The notes under the pieces are model-generated. The model made no database searches. It was not told the DNA's origin and saw only the letters and a list, made by a program, of their open reading frames with translations. From contig CBFDEM010000036.1 of NCBI GenBank assembly GCA_965603825.1, forward strand, positions 310,001 through 374,000: a DNA stretch of 64,000 nucleotides, in the 5' to 3' direction. Positions 1-12,151 of this stretch are shown piece by piece (position 1 is the first letter of the stretch; the number at the start of each line of letters is the position of its first letter). The DNA is from Blepharisma stoltei ATCC 30299 (Eukaryota; Protista; Ciliophora). The position numbers were made by a program, and so were the translations under genes.

Positions 1-614
1 CAAATGTCAACAAGTATCTGATGGGGAAGACTGGGTTTCAGCTCAAGCCAATCTCAGGCATGGAAAAGGATCGTGATTTCTTGAATTGTTTGGCATTCAG
101 AGTATTCCCTACAACTATCCACATGAGACATCATTCACAACCTTATTTCAGCATAGACCCAGATGTGGCACATGAAGTAATAGGACATGCTCCAATTTTA
201 GCGGATCCAGAGTTTGCTGAATTTGTGCAAGAAATTGGACTTGCGTCTTTAGGCGCTACTGAAGAAGACATCGAGAAATTGATGAACCTTTATTTCTATT
301 CAATTGAAATTGGACTAATTATGAATCCAGCTGGAGACCGAAGAGTATATGGAGCAAGAATTTTAAGCTCGGTTGATGAAATTCATCACGCACTCAGCAT
401 TCATCCTGAACTAAGACATTTTGATCCTTTCCAAGCTTGCAACGTAAAGTATCACAGAAAAGACTTGCAGAGCATGTATTGGTTTTGTGAAGATTTCAGA
501 GAAGCCAAAATTTTGATGGAGAGATATGCAAGCACTTTGCAAAGACCTTTCAATGCAACTTATGATAGAGCTCAAAAATCGATTAAAGTTAGCCACAAGG
601 TAAAGTCTTGGTAA
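1..614 (+). CDS. Biopterin-dependent aromatic amino acid hydroxylase (PAH/TPH family), 5' end outside window
   Basis: TGFQLKP..G....RDFL..LAFRVFPTT...RH, iron ligands PDVAHEVIGH and YSIEIGL, YGA.ILSS..E; frame open to window edge; ends TAA. Confidence 0.93.
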   Translation, partial: NVNKYLMGKTGFQLKPISGMEKDRDFLNCLAFRVFPTTIHMRHHSQPYFSIDPDVAHEVIGHAPILADPEFAEFVQEIGLASLGATEEDIEKLMNLYFYSIEIGLIMNPAGDRRVYGARILSSVDEIHHALSIHPELRHFDPFQACNVKYHRKDLQSMYWFCEDFREAKILMERYASTLQRPFNATYDRAQKSIKVSHKVKSW

Positions 615-1161
615 GACATGATTAATTAAAATTTATAAAAAATATTCTGATTATCATATATGCAATACAGCTTTAGAAAATTTCAAAATCACTCATTTTA
701 TAAAATTTTATTAAAATCTCATGGTCTCTCATAGCTCAAATAAGTGTTTATACAGATACTCCAATGAATATTAAAGGTCTATAATGGCTATTTCTTTCCA
801 TAATTCCCCTTACCATATTCAATGATTCTATATCAGATTTAGAAATTTAATCCATCCTTAAACAGACAATTTCATATGCTACGAAAATTTTATATAATAA
901 GTCAATAGATTAAAATATTTATAATTTATGAATCCTTATAGTTTGCATAGCAATTAATGGCTTCTTAATAATTTAGCAATTTTATTTTAATCCTAATATT
1001 TACTACCTCTTAGCTCTCTTTTTTAAAAAGTACAGTAAAATAAAATAATTATATAAATTTGCCCAAAATTTTTGGTCCCATCCTCATCGAGCAATAGCAG
1101 TCATTCGATCTAGGTACGAGAAATTAGGATTCTATATAAATTAATTAAAGTAAATATCGAT

Positions 1162-2487
1162 TTAATTATTTCCACCTTTATCTGAAAATGAATCACTTTG
1201 CTTTTGCTGCGTTTCTGCTAGCATTACTTGCCTAGACTCGTCAGTTCTTTTATAATACGCAAAGCAAAATATGATTGCCATTGGTATAAAAAATGCATTT
1301 GATATCAAAATTGTATAAGGCCCATAAGACGAACATATGGCAGGCTCTTCATGAATATCTGCAGGAGAATCACAAGTCTTTGCTAACTTTGCTTTGCTTT
1401 GGTTAAACCAGATAACTGTAGCAGTGAAATTGAACATTGCTATGCAGATTGCCCAACACTATATAAGTTTTACATAATTCATAGCAGAGAGTCCATAGTC
1501 TCTTTTATTGATGAGGTGGAAATAAGTTTTAAGGAAAAATATTGAACTGATAAGTCCAAGACATTCAATTACAACATAAGCCTCATAGGCTTTAGATAAA
1601 TGCTTATAAAGATTGCAAGTGCCTGCAGAAGAGTCAATGGAGCAATAGAAAGATGATAAACATCCTCAACTTATATAGGAAAAATCTTTTTCGCAGTTAT
1701 AGCAATTTGAAAGACCACCTTCTCAAAGACTGCTGTCTGAATTTCTCAAAACCCATCTATTTGATAGTGCTATAATGATGGTTACTACGCCAGATGCAAA
1801 AAGAAACCCGACGATCCACATTCAGTAGTCAAATTTATATTTTCTAAAATTCATTTGCATATCGGTAGAGCTCTCAATGGATTTTAAAGTAGGCTGTCTA
1901 TGCAGCACAGTCACCAATAGGATGAAAGACAATATGCACATTAAACAATTAATTTTTGCAATTTCTGGCCCAGTTTCTGATTGAAGTGAAACGTCGTCAG
2001 CATCAACCAGGGGCTTATATGAAATAAAATCTGCCTCATTTAAATTAAGCCAAGCAGAAATAGCAATCATATGACTAGCTGCCATGATAAATGACTGTAA
2101 ATAAAATATTGTATTTTTGGACTGCATTTTGCCGTCCATAAGCAATATTAATTTTTCAATTAAAATCAGTCCAGTAATAAAGGAAAACGCTTCTAGCACA
2201 AAATAAGCATAAGATGAATTCATGCTTTTTGAATAAGTTTGGCAGTCTCCAATAGTATCATCGGAATCGCATACGTTAGAAAAGCATTGCCAACTCCATC
2301 CACTGTACATAGGCTCACAATTCTGGCAGCTGAAAAGACTAAATTGATATGAAATTTCATTTTGACTGAGAGTTGATCAGCTGGGGTAAAATGCAGAAAT
2401 GATCATAAGGAAAAGACAAATTGAAGTTGAAAAGATAGGTGCGAGAAGTACCCTTTTAGGTCAGGTCTTTTTATTAGCAGCTTCCAT
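1162..2487 (-). CDS. 8-TM membrane protein with two tandem claudin/PMP22-like tetraspan modules (441 aa, TGA=Trp)
   Basis: ATG at 2487 is in frame with ORFs 1822-2310 and 1162-1437, joined across TGAs; each half has TM-W..(F/G)SL..CxxC...W.C....C......C..Y plus 3 more TMs; paralog of the next gene. Confidence 0.75.
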
Positions 2488-2749
2488 TTATTAAATTAAA
2501 TTTGGTTGGCATATTAAATTGATTAGCTATAAATATGTTTATTTAGCAAATATGAATTCTCAATTTCAATTAATTAGGATTGATAGAACAAAAAAGATAT
2601 TAATATCCGATGATTGGGCTATTCAATTCAAATTTTTTTTTTCTAATAAATAATTATTGCATATTAAAATACCAATTCATAATCATATTAAAAAATTTGA
2701 TAATGTAAATTGGTTAAGGATAATTTAAAGTTATTAATAAAAAAAGTTC

Positions 2750-4099
2750 TTAAATCTTACTGTCAAAGTCTTCACCGGCAGTTTTTGGAGTACGCTCATT
2801 GTTATTTGAATCTTCTTTAAGCTCTTCAATTGATTTGAACTCTGCACTAAATCTTCTGCTAAAAACATAACAAAAAATCACAGTCATGGAAATTGTGATG
2901 AAATTTGAAATTATAAGTGCATAAGGACCATAAGAGAAACACATGGCTATTTCATCAGTGGCATTTACTTTTCCATGACAGCTTCCAGTTAACTCAGAAT
3001 CGCTTTGTACGAACCAAATTATCATCGCGATAAAATGGAATACAGAAAGCGCGATTGCATAAGTCTAAGTAAAAATTACATAACTCATCACTATTGAGCC
3101 ATAAGTTTTCTGGAAAATTAAATATACATAATTTTGGAGGAAGAAAACTGAACAGATTGCTGTTAAGAATTCAAACGCTAGATACCATCTGTAAGCATTA
3201 AACATATTTGTATAGAGCTCACAGCTGCCAGATGCGAGAGATGATAAGCATTCACGTGAAGCTAAACACTCTCAATCTAAATTTTGGATATTTTTATCAC
3301 AGGTATGGCAATAACCTAAAGATCCTTTCCAAGAGCTATCTTTATAATATCTTCGGACCCATTCTAGATAATTTATTGCGACAATCACTGTAACAAATGC
3401 AGTCACAAATAGCGACCCTATAATCTTCAGCCAAGATTCAACTTTGAATTTTCTGATATAACTATTAAAAGGCATGCAGTCTATAGAGGAAGGACTGCTA
3501 TGCTTCCACATTGTAGGAATTAATGAAAGCCCTGCCAAAGCACAAAGGAATATGTTGATTATTGAGATTGCAGGACCAGTTTCTGCATAAATGCAAGGCT
3601 CATCAAAGGTGCATCTTCTATGCAGTTTAGTCCATTTGGCATTGTTTATTATAAGCCACGATTTAATCCCGAGTGTATGAGTTATAAGCATGCCTGTCGC
3701 AAGTGAAAATAAAAACGTTTTGGACCCATAGTCTTTATTGAAAAAGGCCAAAATTAATTTTTCTATCACCATAAGTCCAAACATGATAGCGACCATTTCA
3801 CAGGCAAAATAGAAATTGGCTGCTTTCAGCCCATTACTATAAACTCTGCAGCTGCCTATCCCAGGGTCAGAATTGCAAGTGTAGTCTGAAAAGCAGTTCC
3901 AGCTCCAGCGTCCATAATAGTCAGGACAATTTTTACACCGGTAAAGACTCATCTCATATGTTGAGGTGCCTTCATCAAGCACCGCTCATTTCCTCTCGGT
4001 CAAAGATATAAGCATTAAAAAGAGGCTCGCTAGAAATAAAGCAAAAGGCAGAATCAATGCTTTCTTTGAGGAGAAGAATTTGTTTTCGATTAGCTTCAT
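2750..4099 (-). CDS. Paralogous double-tetraspan (claudin-like) membrane protein; one 15-nt intron
   Basis: ATG 4099; single frame across TGAs; in-frame TAG removed by intron 3065-3079; same Cys spacing as 1162-2487. Confidence 0.75.
3065..3079 (-). other. 15-nt spliceosomal intron GTAATTTTTACTTAG
   Basis: GT..TAG, A at position 10, removes in-frame TAG. Confidence 0.85.
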
Positions 4100-4697
4100 A
4101 ATGGTGATATTTATTACAATATAAAATCTGTAACAGATAAACATGGATTATTTCCAGTTAATAATTGGCATCGATTGAGATGCTGAGTTTGATTTGAATC
4201 TCGACTTTTTTTAATTAAAATTATTTAGGAATTTCTCCATGTCTGTTCGGATCATATTGACATGAATTCTCATCTGAATGGTTAATATTGAATTATAGGG
4301 CAATTATTTAATCGGTTCAAGAAATGTTAATTTTGAAGTATCTATGCAAATCAAAGTATTTCTAGCAATTAAATGCTTATATATCAAATATTTTAAAAAG
4401 TTTTCTAATTTAAAATTTATAACAAGTGAAAACTGCAATCTCAAGTTTAAGTTGAGGAATTAATTTGACCCAAATATGAGTAAACTTATATATTTTTTCT
4501 AACAATACTATACTTTATATGGAATTTAAGCTATCTGCTTAATAGAGAAGACTTCCTATATGCTCGCAATTTTTAATAGGTCGCCTTGGTCAATTATAGA
4601 TAATAAAAATAGTGATATATATCTATTTTTTGATTTCCTAAATGCAGCTATTAATTATAATTATATATTTTTAAGACAAACAAAATTAATGTATTTT

Positions 4698-5180
4698 TTA
4701 TTTTTTACCCTTTGCAATCGCAGACTTTCTCTCATTCTCTGCCAAATACAAATGCTCTTCACTATTCGCATGACTTCTCCAGACCCTTCCTTTAGTTTCA
4801 GTTTGCTCTTTAATTTCTTTTATTTGTGCTTTCAAACTATTTATTTGATTTGCAAGTAAACCAAATTCTGACCGATTTTGGGTATCTTGAGGTCGTTCAG
4901 TTGCATTATTTCATTTCTTGAATCCTCCAATGTCTCCTTTAATTAAATTGACTAATTTTCAAATCTCGCCAAGTTCTTGCGCTTCAGTTTCTTTTATTTT
5001 GGTTACTTCGCTTATTAGGATTTTCAAATCTTTGCGAGAGTCTGAAAGTTGACGCTTCAGCTGAGATTCTTGTGTAAAAGGACTGCTGCTTCTAGCAAAC
5101 TGCTGCGAATGACTTACTCCAAGAGAAGCACCTCTTGGAGAAACCAAAGCAGGGGGTCGTGATCGAGTAGGAGTTGCCAT
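4698..5180 (-). CDS. Hypothetical coiled-coil protein (160 aa)
   Basis: ORF 4959-5180 continues through TGAs to TAA at 4698; heptad-rich. Confidence 0.65.
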
Positions 5181-5342
5181 ATTCTAATTTTTGTTATATA
5201 TTATTAAAAATCGTGCAAAAATACTTTGCTCTATGAATTAAGATTTATCACTTACGCAAGTTTAATAAACTTAATTATTAATGCGGCACATTTAATATTT
5301 CTATATAACTATCAAATTCTTCAATCATTATTAATTCCTTAC

Positions 5343-5951
5343 TTAGCTCTTTGTCGAGTAAAATTTTCCTGCAAATGATCTGCTTTGTTTCAATTCATAA
5401 AGATTCCTTTTTGCAGCAATTATCAACCCTGAGCATTCACTCACTAATTTCTCTAAATCTGCAAGCGAAATTGGCTTTGAGTAGTTTTTCTGTATAAGGC
5501 ATTTTTCTTCATTAAGAAAAATGGTTAATTGGGATTCGGATAATCTTTCCTCACATTTTCTTGGATCTCTGATTGTGTATCCAAAAAGCTCAGAAAATGT
5601 AAAAGGGAAAAGTATGCTTGGGCTATCAATTGCAATCTGATAAGCAAGGCCCACAGCTTCAATCAAATTTCCATCATCTACCAAAGTCCTTATTCTCGTT
5701 TTTTTATTCACTTCTCCTAAATATGAGATGTCACTCCATCCTTCAATGCCTTTCCCATCAACTAGCTCACATATAACTGCAGTGTTTCCGATTCTTACTA
5801 AAACCCCATTTTCCACTAAATGTCAATTACACATCGAAATTGCATACTTCCTTGGTTTGTTTATTTTTCGATAATCAGGCCTGAATCCTTCTTTAAGGAA
5901 AGCTTCATAGTAATCTTTTGGACTCACAATTTCAAGGAGCTCTGGATCCAT
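5343..5951 (-). CDS. Divergent RNase PH-like exosome subunit (RRP43/EXOSC8-like), 202 aa
   Basis: MDPELLEIVSPKDYYEAFLKEGFRPDYRKINKPR...NGVLVRIGNTAVIC matches the RRP43 N-terminal signature; one TGA. Confidence 0.65.
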
Positions 5952-5997
5952 TTATTTGTAAATAATTCCTTCTTTTGAAAGTAATTTAATCAAAATT

Positions 5998-7362
5998 ATG
6001 AGTAAAAACGTAAGCTTTTATTCTCCTGATTTAGAAGTCTCAGCACAGCGCAAGACCAGGCGATTAAGAGATGAATTTGAAAGATCAGTTGATATTGACA
6101 AGGTAATTATAAATTAGGAACTCCTTAAGAGCATGCAAGCCGATATCAAAAGAGCAGAAACTGTTGCTGACAACCTCAGAGAAGAAAAAGCTAAATTAAA
6201 ATCAGCACTCGCAGATTCGTTAGAAAAAAGAGACGAACTGTATAATAAAGCTATAGAATTTAAAAGGTCAAGAGATGAAGCTTTGATGAGAAGCGAATAC
6301 TTGGAAGAAAAACTGAAGGATTTGAAATTTGCTCAGAGCGATATTGAATTATTGAGAAAACAAATTATTAGCAGAGATGCACTAATTAAGGAACTGTCTG
6401 AAAAAATTAAAAAAATTCAAAGTGAGGGAGACGATAGAAATCCGTGGAGAGATACGTTTGGAGTTCCTGAGGCTGGCAAAAATGAGTATTGCAATTATCG
6501 AGAAGGAATAGAAGATGAAATTATGGCGGTTGGGATGTATATTTTAAGAAATATACAAGAATTTCAATTGTTAAACTTCGCGTTCAAAAAAAGCTTTGCA
6601 ACTCCTTCAGACTTTAAAGACTTGCTTGAAGGCGGGCAATGAGACAAAGCATTTCTTAAGACGCTGAGGTTTATAGAAGAGCTAATTATGATACAAAAAT
6701 CAGAAACGCGCCAAAAAAAGACTTATAATTTAGATTCAGATCCCCGTCAAAGCCCAGAAAAAAGGCAAGACTCACGGCAAAAGCGTTATAATATTGAGCA
6801 GGACCATCATAAAATTTCAACTCCAAAAACAAAACGAGCCATAAAAACCCAGCCTTCTACTAGCCCAGCTTCTTCAAATACGCCAAATTCTTTTGCTCAC
6901 GCCAATTCATATCTATCGACAAGTATCAACGACGAAAATTACCACAAGCTGATGGACGAAAGCCAAACCTTGCTTGAGTCTTTATCTCATCAAAATTTGC
7001 GAATTTCTAAGCTGAATCAGCAAATCAATGAAACGATGAATCTTACGAATAAACCCACGCCAAAAACACTTAAGCTCTCTGCTAGTAATCCTCAGTTAAA
7101 AGTTGATACTAGCAAAGCAAAACTGCAAGAAAGAAAGAAAAATCTAAAGCTCGATTTATCAGAGCCTGAAATCAATTCTACTTCAAGATTAATTTCGCCA
7201 AAAGACACTTTGTCTTCTTCAAGGGGAAGAAGCAAATCAAAAACAGGAAAACCAAGAAATAACATGGGGCCATCCAGCGAAAGAGTAATGCCAATAATGA
7301 GAAAAGCTGATGGCTGGGAAAGTGTAGAAGATTTTTTTGGAAGTCGTGATCAAACTAAATAA
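5998..7362 (+). CDS. Hypothetical coiled-coil, Ser-rich protein; one 15-nt intron
   Basis: ATG 5998, intron 6103-6117, TGA at 6640 joins the two track ORFs, TAA at 7360-7362. Confidence 0.7.
6103..6117 (+). other. 15-nt intron GTAATTATAAATTAG
   Basis: GT..TAG, A at position 10, removes in-frame TAG. Confidence 0.8.
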
Positions 7363-7648
7363 TTAATAATTATTTGCTTCAATGCATATAGTTCATTTGC
7401 AATCATATTACTATTGTCTAATTTCAAGAATCAATTTTGTTTTTATGTTGCTTAATACTTTTATAATTAAAATTGCAGTTTTAGAATCAGAAAATTATCT
7501 CCCATGCATCTTTTATCATACCTATCGTCTTCTCTGATGGTTAATTCCATAAAGCTAATAATAAGGTTAATTAAGTTGTTTAAGAATTCACCTCAAAATG
7601 GCATCGACATTTTTCACCATATTTAGCAATTCTGACATAAAAATAGCA

Positions 7649-8395
7649 ATGGCATCACATTGTTTTCTAATCATAGGTGCAAGTCGAGGAATAGGTAAAG
7701 CCTTAACTCTCAATCTTGCTTCCTCATTTCCTGACACCCCAATAGTTGCTGTATCCCGCACAATTTGTTTAAAAGAATCAGAATTCACCTCCCAAAATTC
7801 AAATATTCATTGTCTTAACGCCGATGTCGGAACTGAGCAAGGAATCCAATCCATAATTGATTTCCTCCAATGGAAAGTCAAATACCTTATTTATTTGGCA
7901 GGCATCCTAGGCCCCTCTTTTGATGAAATGGGCTCTCCAGACGATTTTAACCGCGTAATGAGTGTCAATGCCAAAGGTGCGTTTTTCATTGCAAGAGAGC
8001 TTCAGAGTAAATTTACTGCTGATGCAAGGGTTTTGTATTTAACTTCTTCGGTGGGAGAAGCGTATAAAGTTCCTTATCCATTTTATGCTATCTCAAAAAA
8101 AGCCTTGAATATGGTTTATGAAGTTATGAAAAAGGAATTAAAAGGAATTTTGGTGGCTGCAGTGCATCCTGGCTTGGTCAAAACTGATATGTACCATGTG
8201 CAAGTTGGAAAAATACCTGGGTTTAACGAGAGGATTGCAATTGATCCAAGCATTGCTGCTAAATTTTTGAAGTTCATTTTGAGTGAAAAAGTTAACGCAA
8301 AAGAGTACTCAGATGAAATTTGGAGTATCTATAATTTGCATCATCAACCTAGGTGGTTAGAAGAAGGAGATGAAGCTCCTGGCCAACAAGGGTAG
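7649..8395 (+). CDS. Classical short-chain dehydrogenase/reductase
   Basis: GASRGIG Rossmann motif, YAISK catalytic motif, VHPGLVKTDM; start 7649 chosen by alignment with the paralog (7598 possible). Confidence 0.9.
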   Translation: MASHCFLIIGASRGIGKALTLNLASSFPDTPIVAVSRTICLKESEFTSQNSNIHCLNADVGTEQGIQSIIDFLQWKVKYLIYLAGILGPSFDEMGSPDDFNRVMSVNAKGAFFIARELQSKFTADARVLYLTSSVGEAYKVPYPFYAISKKALNMVYEVMKKELKGILVAAVHPGLVKTDMYHVQVGKIPGFNERIAIDPSIAAKFLKFILSEKVNAKEYSDEIWSIYNLHHQPRWLEEGDEAPGQQG

Positions 8396-8504
8396 CTTAT
8401 TTTCATGCATATTTAATTGAAATTCTATATTTTTTAAATGGCGCAAATATTTTTAGACTATTTTGATCCATTAATTAATTCATCAATTCTAATCTGAAAT
8501 AAAA

Positions 8505-9248
8505 ATGACAGGTTGTGCAATCGTTGTTGGGGCAAGCAAAGGCATAGGTAAATCTCTGGTAATTTCATTAGCCTCCTCTTACCCATCGCTTCCTATTATT
8601 GCAATTGCCCGTGGTATAAGCTCTCAAGAATCTGAATTTTCATCTATTTCATCAAACATTAAATTAGTAGATGCTGATATAAGCACCCAAGAAGGCCTCT
8701 CAGCCATACTTGACTGCATTGAGCACAAAGTCCAGTTTTTAATCTTGAATGCTGCAATTGAAGGCTTAACATGGGATGAAATGCCAGGATGGGATGAATG
8801 GGATAAAGTTATGAACACCAACGCAGGCTCACACTTTTTTTTAGCAAGGGATTTGAGATCTAAATACACAGAGGATGCTAGAATTTTATTTATATCAAGC
8901 AGAGACTCTAAAAGCTATTTGATACCGCTGTCATTTTATTGCATTTCTAAAGCAGCCCAAAATATGGTTTATGAAGTAATTAAAGCAGAGATTCCTGAAG
9001 TTTCTGTTGGATGGATGGATCCTGGAGTAGTTGAGACAGCTCTAAGTGAATATGCAGGGCAAAAGGTGCCTGAAGCAAAAAGTCTTGAAAAATTAAGTCC
9101 CCTGATGGTCGCCAAATTTTTGAGGTTTTTGCTGAGCGATAAAGTAGGACCAATTGAATTTTCTTCTGAAATGTGGAATATTTATGAAGAGAAGCATCAC
9201 ACTAGGTGGGTGGAAAAAGGCGATATAGCTCCTAAAAATCCTGATTAA
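8505..9248 (+). CDS. Short-chain dehydrogenase/reductase, tandem paralog
   Basis: GASKGIG, NAA, YCISK, DPGVVET; collinear with 7649-8395. Confidence 0.9.
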   Translation: MTGCAIVVGASKGIGKSLVISLASSYPSLPIIAIARGISSQESEFSSISSNIKLVDADISTQEGLSAILDCIEHKVQFLILNAAIEGLTWDEMPGWDEWDKVMNTNAGSHFFLARDLRSKYTEDARILFISSRDSKSYLIPLSFYCISKAAQNMVYEVIKAEIPEVSVGWMDPGVVETALSEYAGQKVPEAKSLEKLSPLMVAKFLRFLLSDKVGPIEFSSEMWNIYEEKHHTRWVEKGDIAPKNPD

Positions 9249-9306
9249 TTAAGCCATTTTGATAAGCATTTATTTTGCCATTAAATTTTATTTTTTCAAT
9301 ATAAAT

Positions 9307-10062
9307 TTACCATATTTCACAACAAACTTTATTATTCCTCTGCTGCTGCTCCATGTCTCCAAGAAACGATTTTCTCGCTGCCTCAGAATTTCCAAATCAT
9401 TTGTCTTGACAGCTTCTACACAAAATCATCAGCAATCTTTCGGGTTTTACACTAGTGACTTCTCTTTCCTTCAAAACTCCTATATGGATTGATCTTTCTT
9501 CAGTCTCGCTCTTGATTCTCTCTATCTCAATTTTATGGTTCAGAATCTGCTCTTGGATGCTTTGCCATTTTTGAAGTGAAGTGTCATATACTGATTTCTT
9601 TCGGTCTAATGCTTCTTTTAAGCTTGTATAGCACTTTCAATTTTGTTGCTGCTCAAGCAGAATTTCTTTGATTGACTCTCTTTTTTCATTTGCAACTTTG
9701 TCTGTTAAAGCATCAAAGTTCGCGATTTTGTTTTGGATTTCTGAAGCTTTGATTTCTTCATTATTGGCATCTTCGATTAATTTGTTGTTGTTTTCAAGCA
9801 TCTTTCGCAAAACCTCACGAGTTTTTGAAAGCTCAGCTTCTCGTTCAGCTCTTAGTTGTTCTTGAACGTCAGAGTAATGGCATTTGTCGCAGATAAGAAT
9901 TTTTTTGTTGTTGATTTTTCGAACACATGAATGGAAACTGCAAACATTATTTTCGCATGATATGCACTTGTGTTTAGGAGCTTCATCACAATAAGCACAT
10001 GTATTGCGTTTGGTTCCTTTTCTAAACAGCTTTTTTAATGAGCTTTTTGATTTTGTTTCCAT
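9307..10062 (-). CDS. FYVE-like Zn-finger plus coiled-coil protein ending ...KVCCEIW
   Basis: CAYC..HKCISC...VCSFHS...ICDKC followed by a long coiled coil; extends through TGAs to TAA at 9307. Confidence 0.65.
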
Positions 10063-10295
10063 AATTATAGTTTGTAATCCTATATAAATAAAATTCTGAA
10101 TATTTAATTTTATCTATGCTTATAACTATTAGTCAAATTAATGCAATTCTTATATGAATTAAATAATTTGACAAGATATGTAGCTTTATGCTTGAAATTC
10201 CTTTTTAATCGCGTCACAAAGCTTAATTATATGAAATTTATGCTTAAAATGTTATATATAAATATCAGGTTAATTATTAAATTTATATATAGTAT

Positions 10296-11810
10296 CTATA
10301 CTATCATTGCAAAATTCAGTTTTTGATTCTCGAGCTTATGATTTTCACAGCTTCCAGGCAAAAAGCATCCTTTTCCATGAGGATCCAATTCTTCAATAAT
10401 TTCTTTGATGCATTCTTGATTTAAATTCGAATCACTTTTAAGCCACTTTTTTAAATCTGAGCATGATACTTTCCCGTTTTCCCCGTGTCCGAACATTCTC
10501 AAAGCTTTTATTAAATTAGCTTTCGAAAGAATTTCTTTTGGATCAGCGCAAGCTCTTAAAAATTCGTAATAATCGATCACCCCATTCTCGTCAGTGTCCA
10601 CTTGACTCATGATTTCTTTTGAGGCTTTTTCAGGAATGTCTTCAATAAAGCACTTCGTGAAATTCAATAATTCTGATTCTGAGATGACTCCATCAGAGTT
10701 AAGATCTAATGAGTGAAAGGCTGACTGGATGCTCATAAAGTGCTTATAGCTCATTACCTGACTTAGAATAAAGGTACTCAACGATTCACTGAACTTGGAA
10801 GATCTTTGATAACTTTTTAGCTTATTGAAAATATTTGCTAGATCATCATCACTTTCTTTTTCTTTCCAATCAGCTTTAAACCATGGATGAGCACATGCTT
10901 CCTCAGCTGAAATTCTTTGGTTTGGATTTTTAGTTAGTAGACGCGTCAGCAAGTCTTTTGCGTCGCTTGAAATTCCATCCCAATGAGGACCTTCAATATG
11001 AAATTTCCCTCTTCTAATTTTCTTTATTGTATCAGCGTCATTTTTTCCTTGGAAAGGATTGTAGCCAGTTAATAGAGCGTACATGATAACTCCGCAGCTT
11101 CATAAATCAGCCTTTTGATTATATGATCTATCGAAAAGCTCAGGAGCCATATAATCTAAAGTCCCAGCAATTTGTTTCAAGTTAGTATCCTCAGGGCATT
11201 TAATTGTAAAGTCGAAATCGATGATTTTTATTGTGATATCGTCATTCTTTACATTTCCACCTATGAGTATATTCTCAGGCTTCAAGTCTCTATGAACCAA
11301 TTTTTTCTTATGTAAGTAACTTACTCCTGATAAAATTTGTTTCATAGCACTTCGTGCTAATTTTTCCGAAAATTCGAATCCACTAGTGATTTTGTCGCAC
11401 AAATCACCACCATCCATGTACTCAAGTACCAGGAAGTACTCAGTTTTGCTATCGAAAAACTCATACATCCTTAGGATATTTGGATGGTCCATGGCTTTGA
11501 ATATATCTACTTGCCGATGGACGTTAGCGTCCTCGAGATATATCCCATTTTTGACTTCTTTTTTGATTATCTTTACTGCTCTGACAGTGTCAGTGCCAAT
11601 ATGTTTGCATTTTCGAATTTCTCCATGAAGGCCAGCACCCAATGGAACTGAGTCTGTTTCATAAACGTCATGGAATGAAGAAGAATTGGAGAAGATAAAA
11701 TCGCCTGGCGAGTAAATAATCTCTGCGATGCTATCTATAGTCCTCCGACTTATTGGTTTCATGTTAATTAGGTCTGAATGATCTGAGTGAGCTGAACACA
11801 AACAACCCAT
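10296..11810 (-). CDS. Calcium-dependent protein kinase (CDPK)
   Basis: MGCLCS acylation start, LGAGLHG, AVK, HRDLKPEN, DFD, APE, DL*SCG (TGA=W at 11100), C-terminal EF hands. Confidence 0.93.
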
Positions 11811-12151
11811 TAATTTATTTATAAAAGATTTTATCAAGATATGAATTTTTATTCTTGTGGATTTTATGTAAATTTTGTCTTTGCTTGAAATATAGATTAG
11901 GTATTATAAAAACTTCAAACAATTCTCGATTTAATAACATTTATAAATTTAACTACAAAAAAGTCAGTAAATGGTGTGGATTTAAATCTATGAGATTTCA
12001 AGGGATTAATCGAAATAAAATGGGAAATTAAAAGAAGATTGCGAGTTGGCTTTTAATTAAGATTATAAGTTTCAGTTAAGTTTTTAAGCTTTAATTTTTC
12101 TATTATATTCATTTATTAGTATCCATATCGAAAAATAAATATCCGGCATAA

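Noticed and set aside
4560-4859. 99-aa plus-strand ORF and the many other short antisense ORFs in the track (e.g. 8624-8869, 13568-13975, 38420-38749, 55826-56161)
   Set aside because: Shadows of real genes on the opposite strand or frame; Phe/Ser/Leu-rich with no motifs
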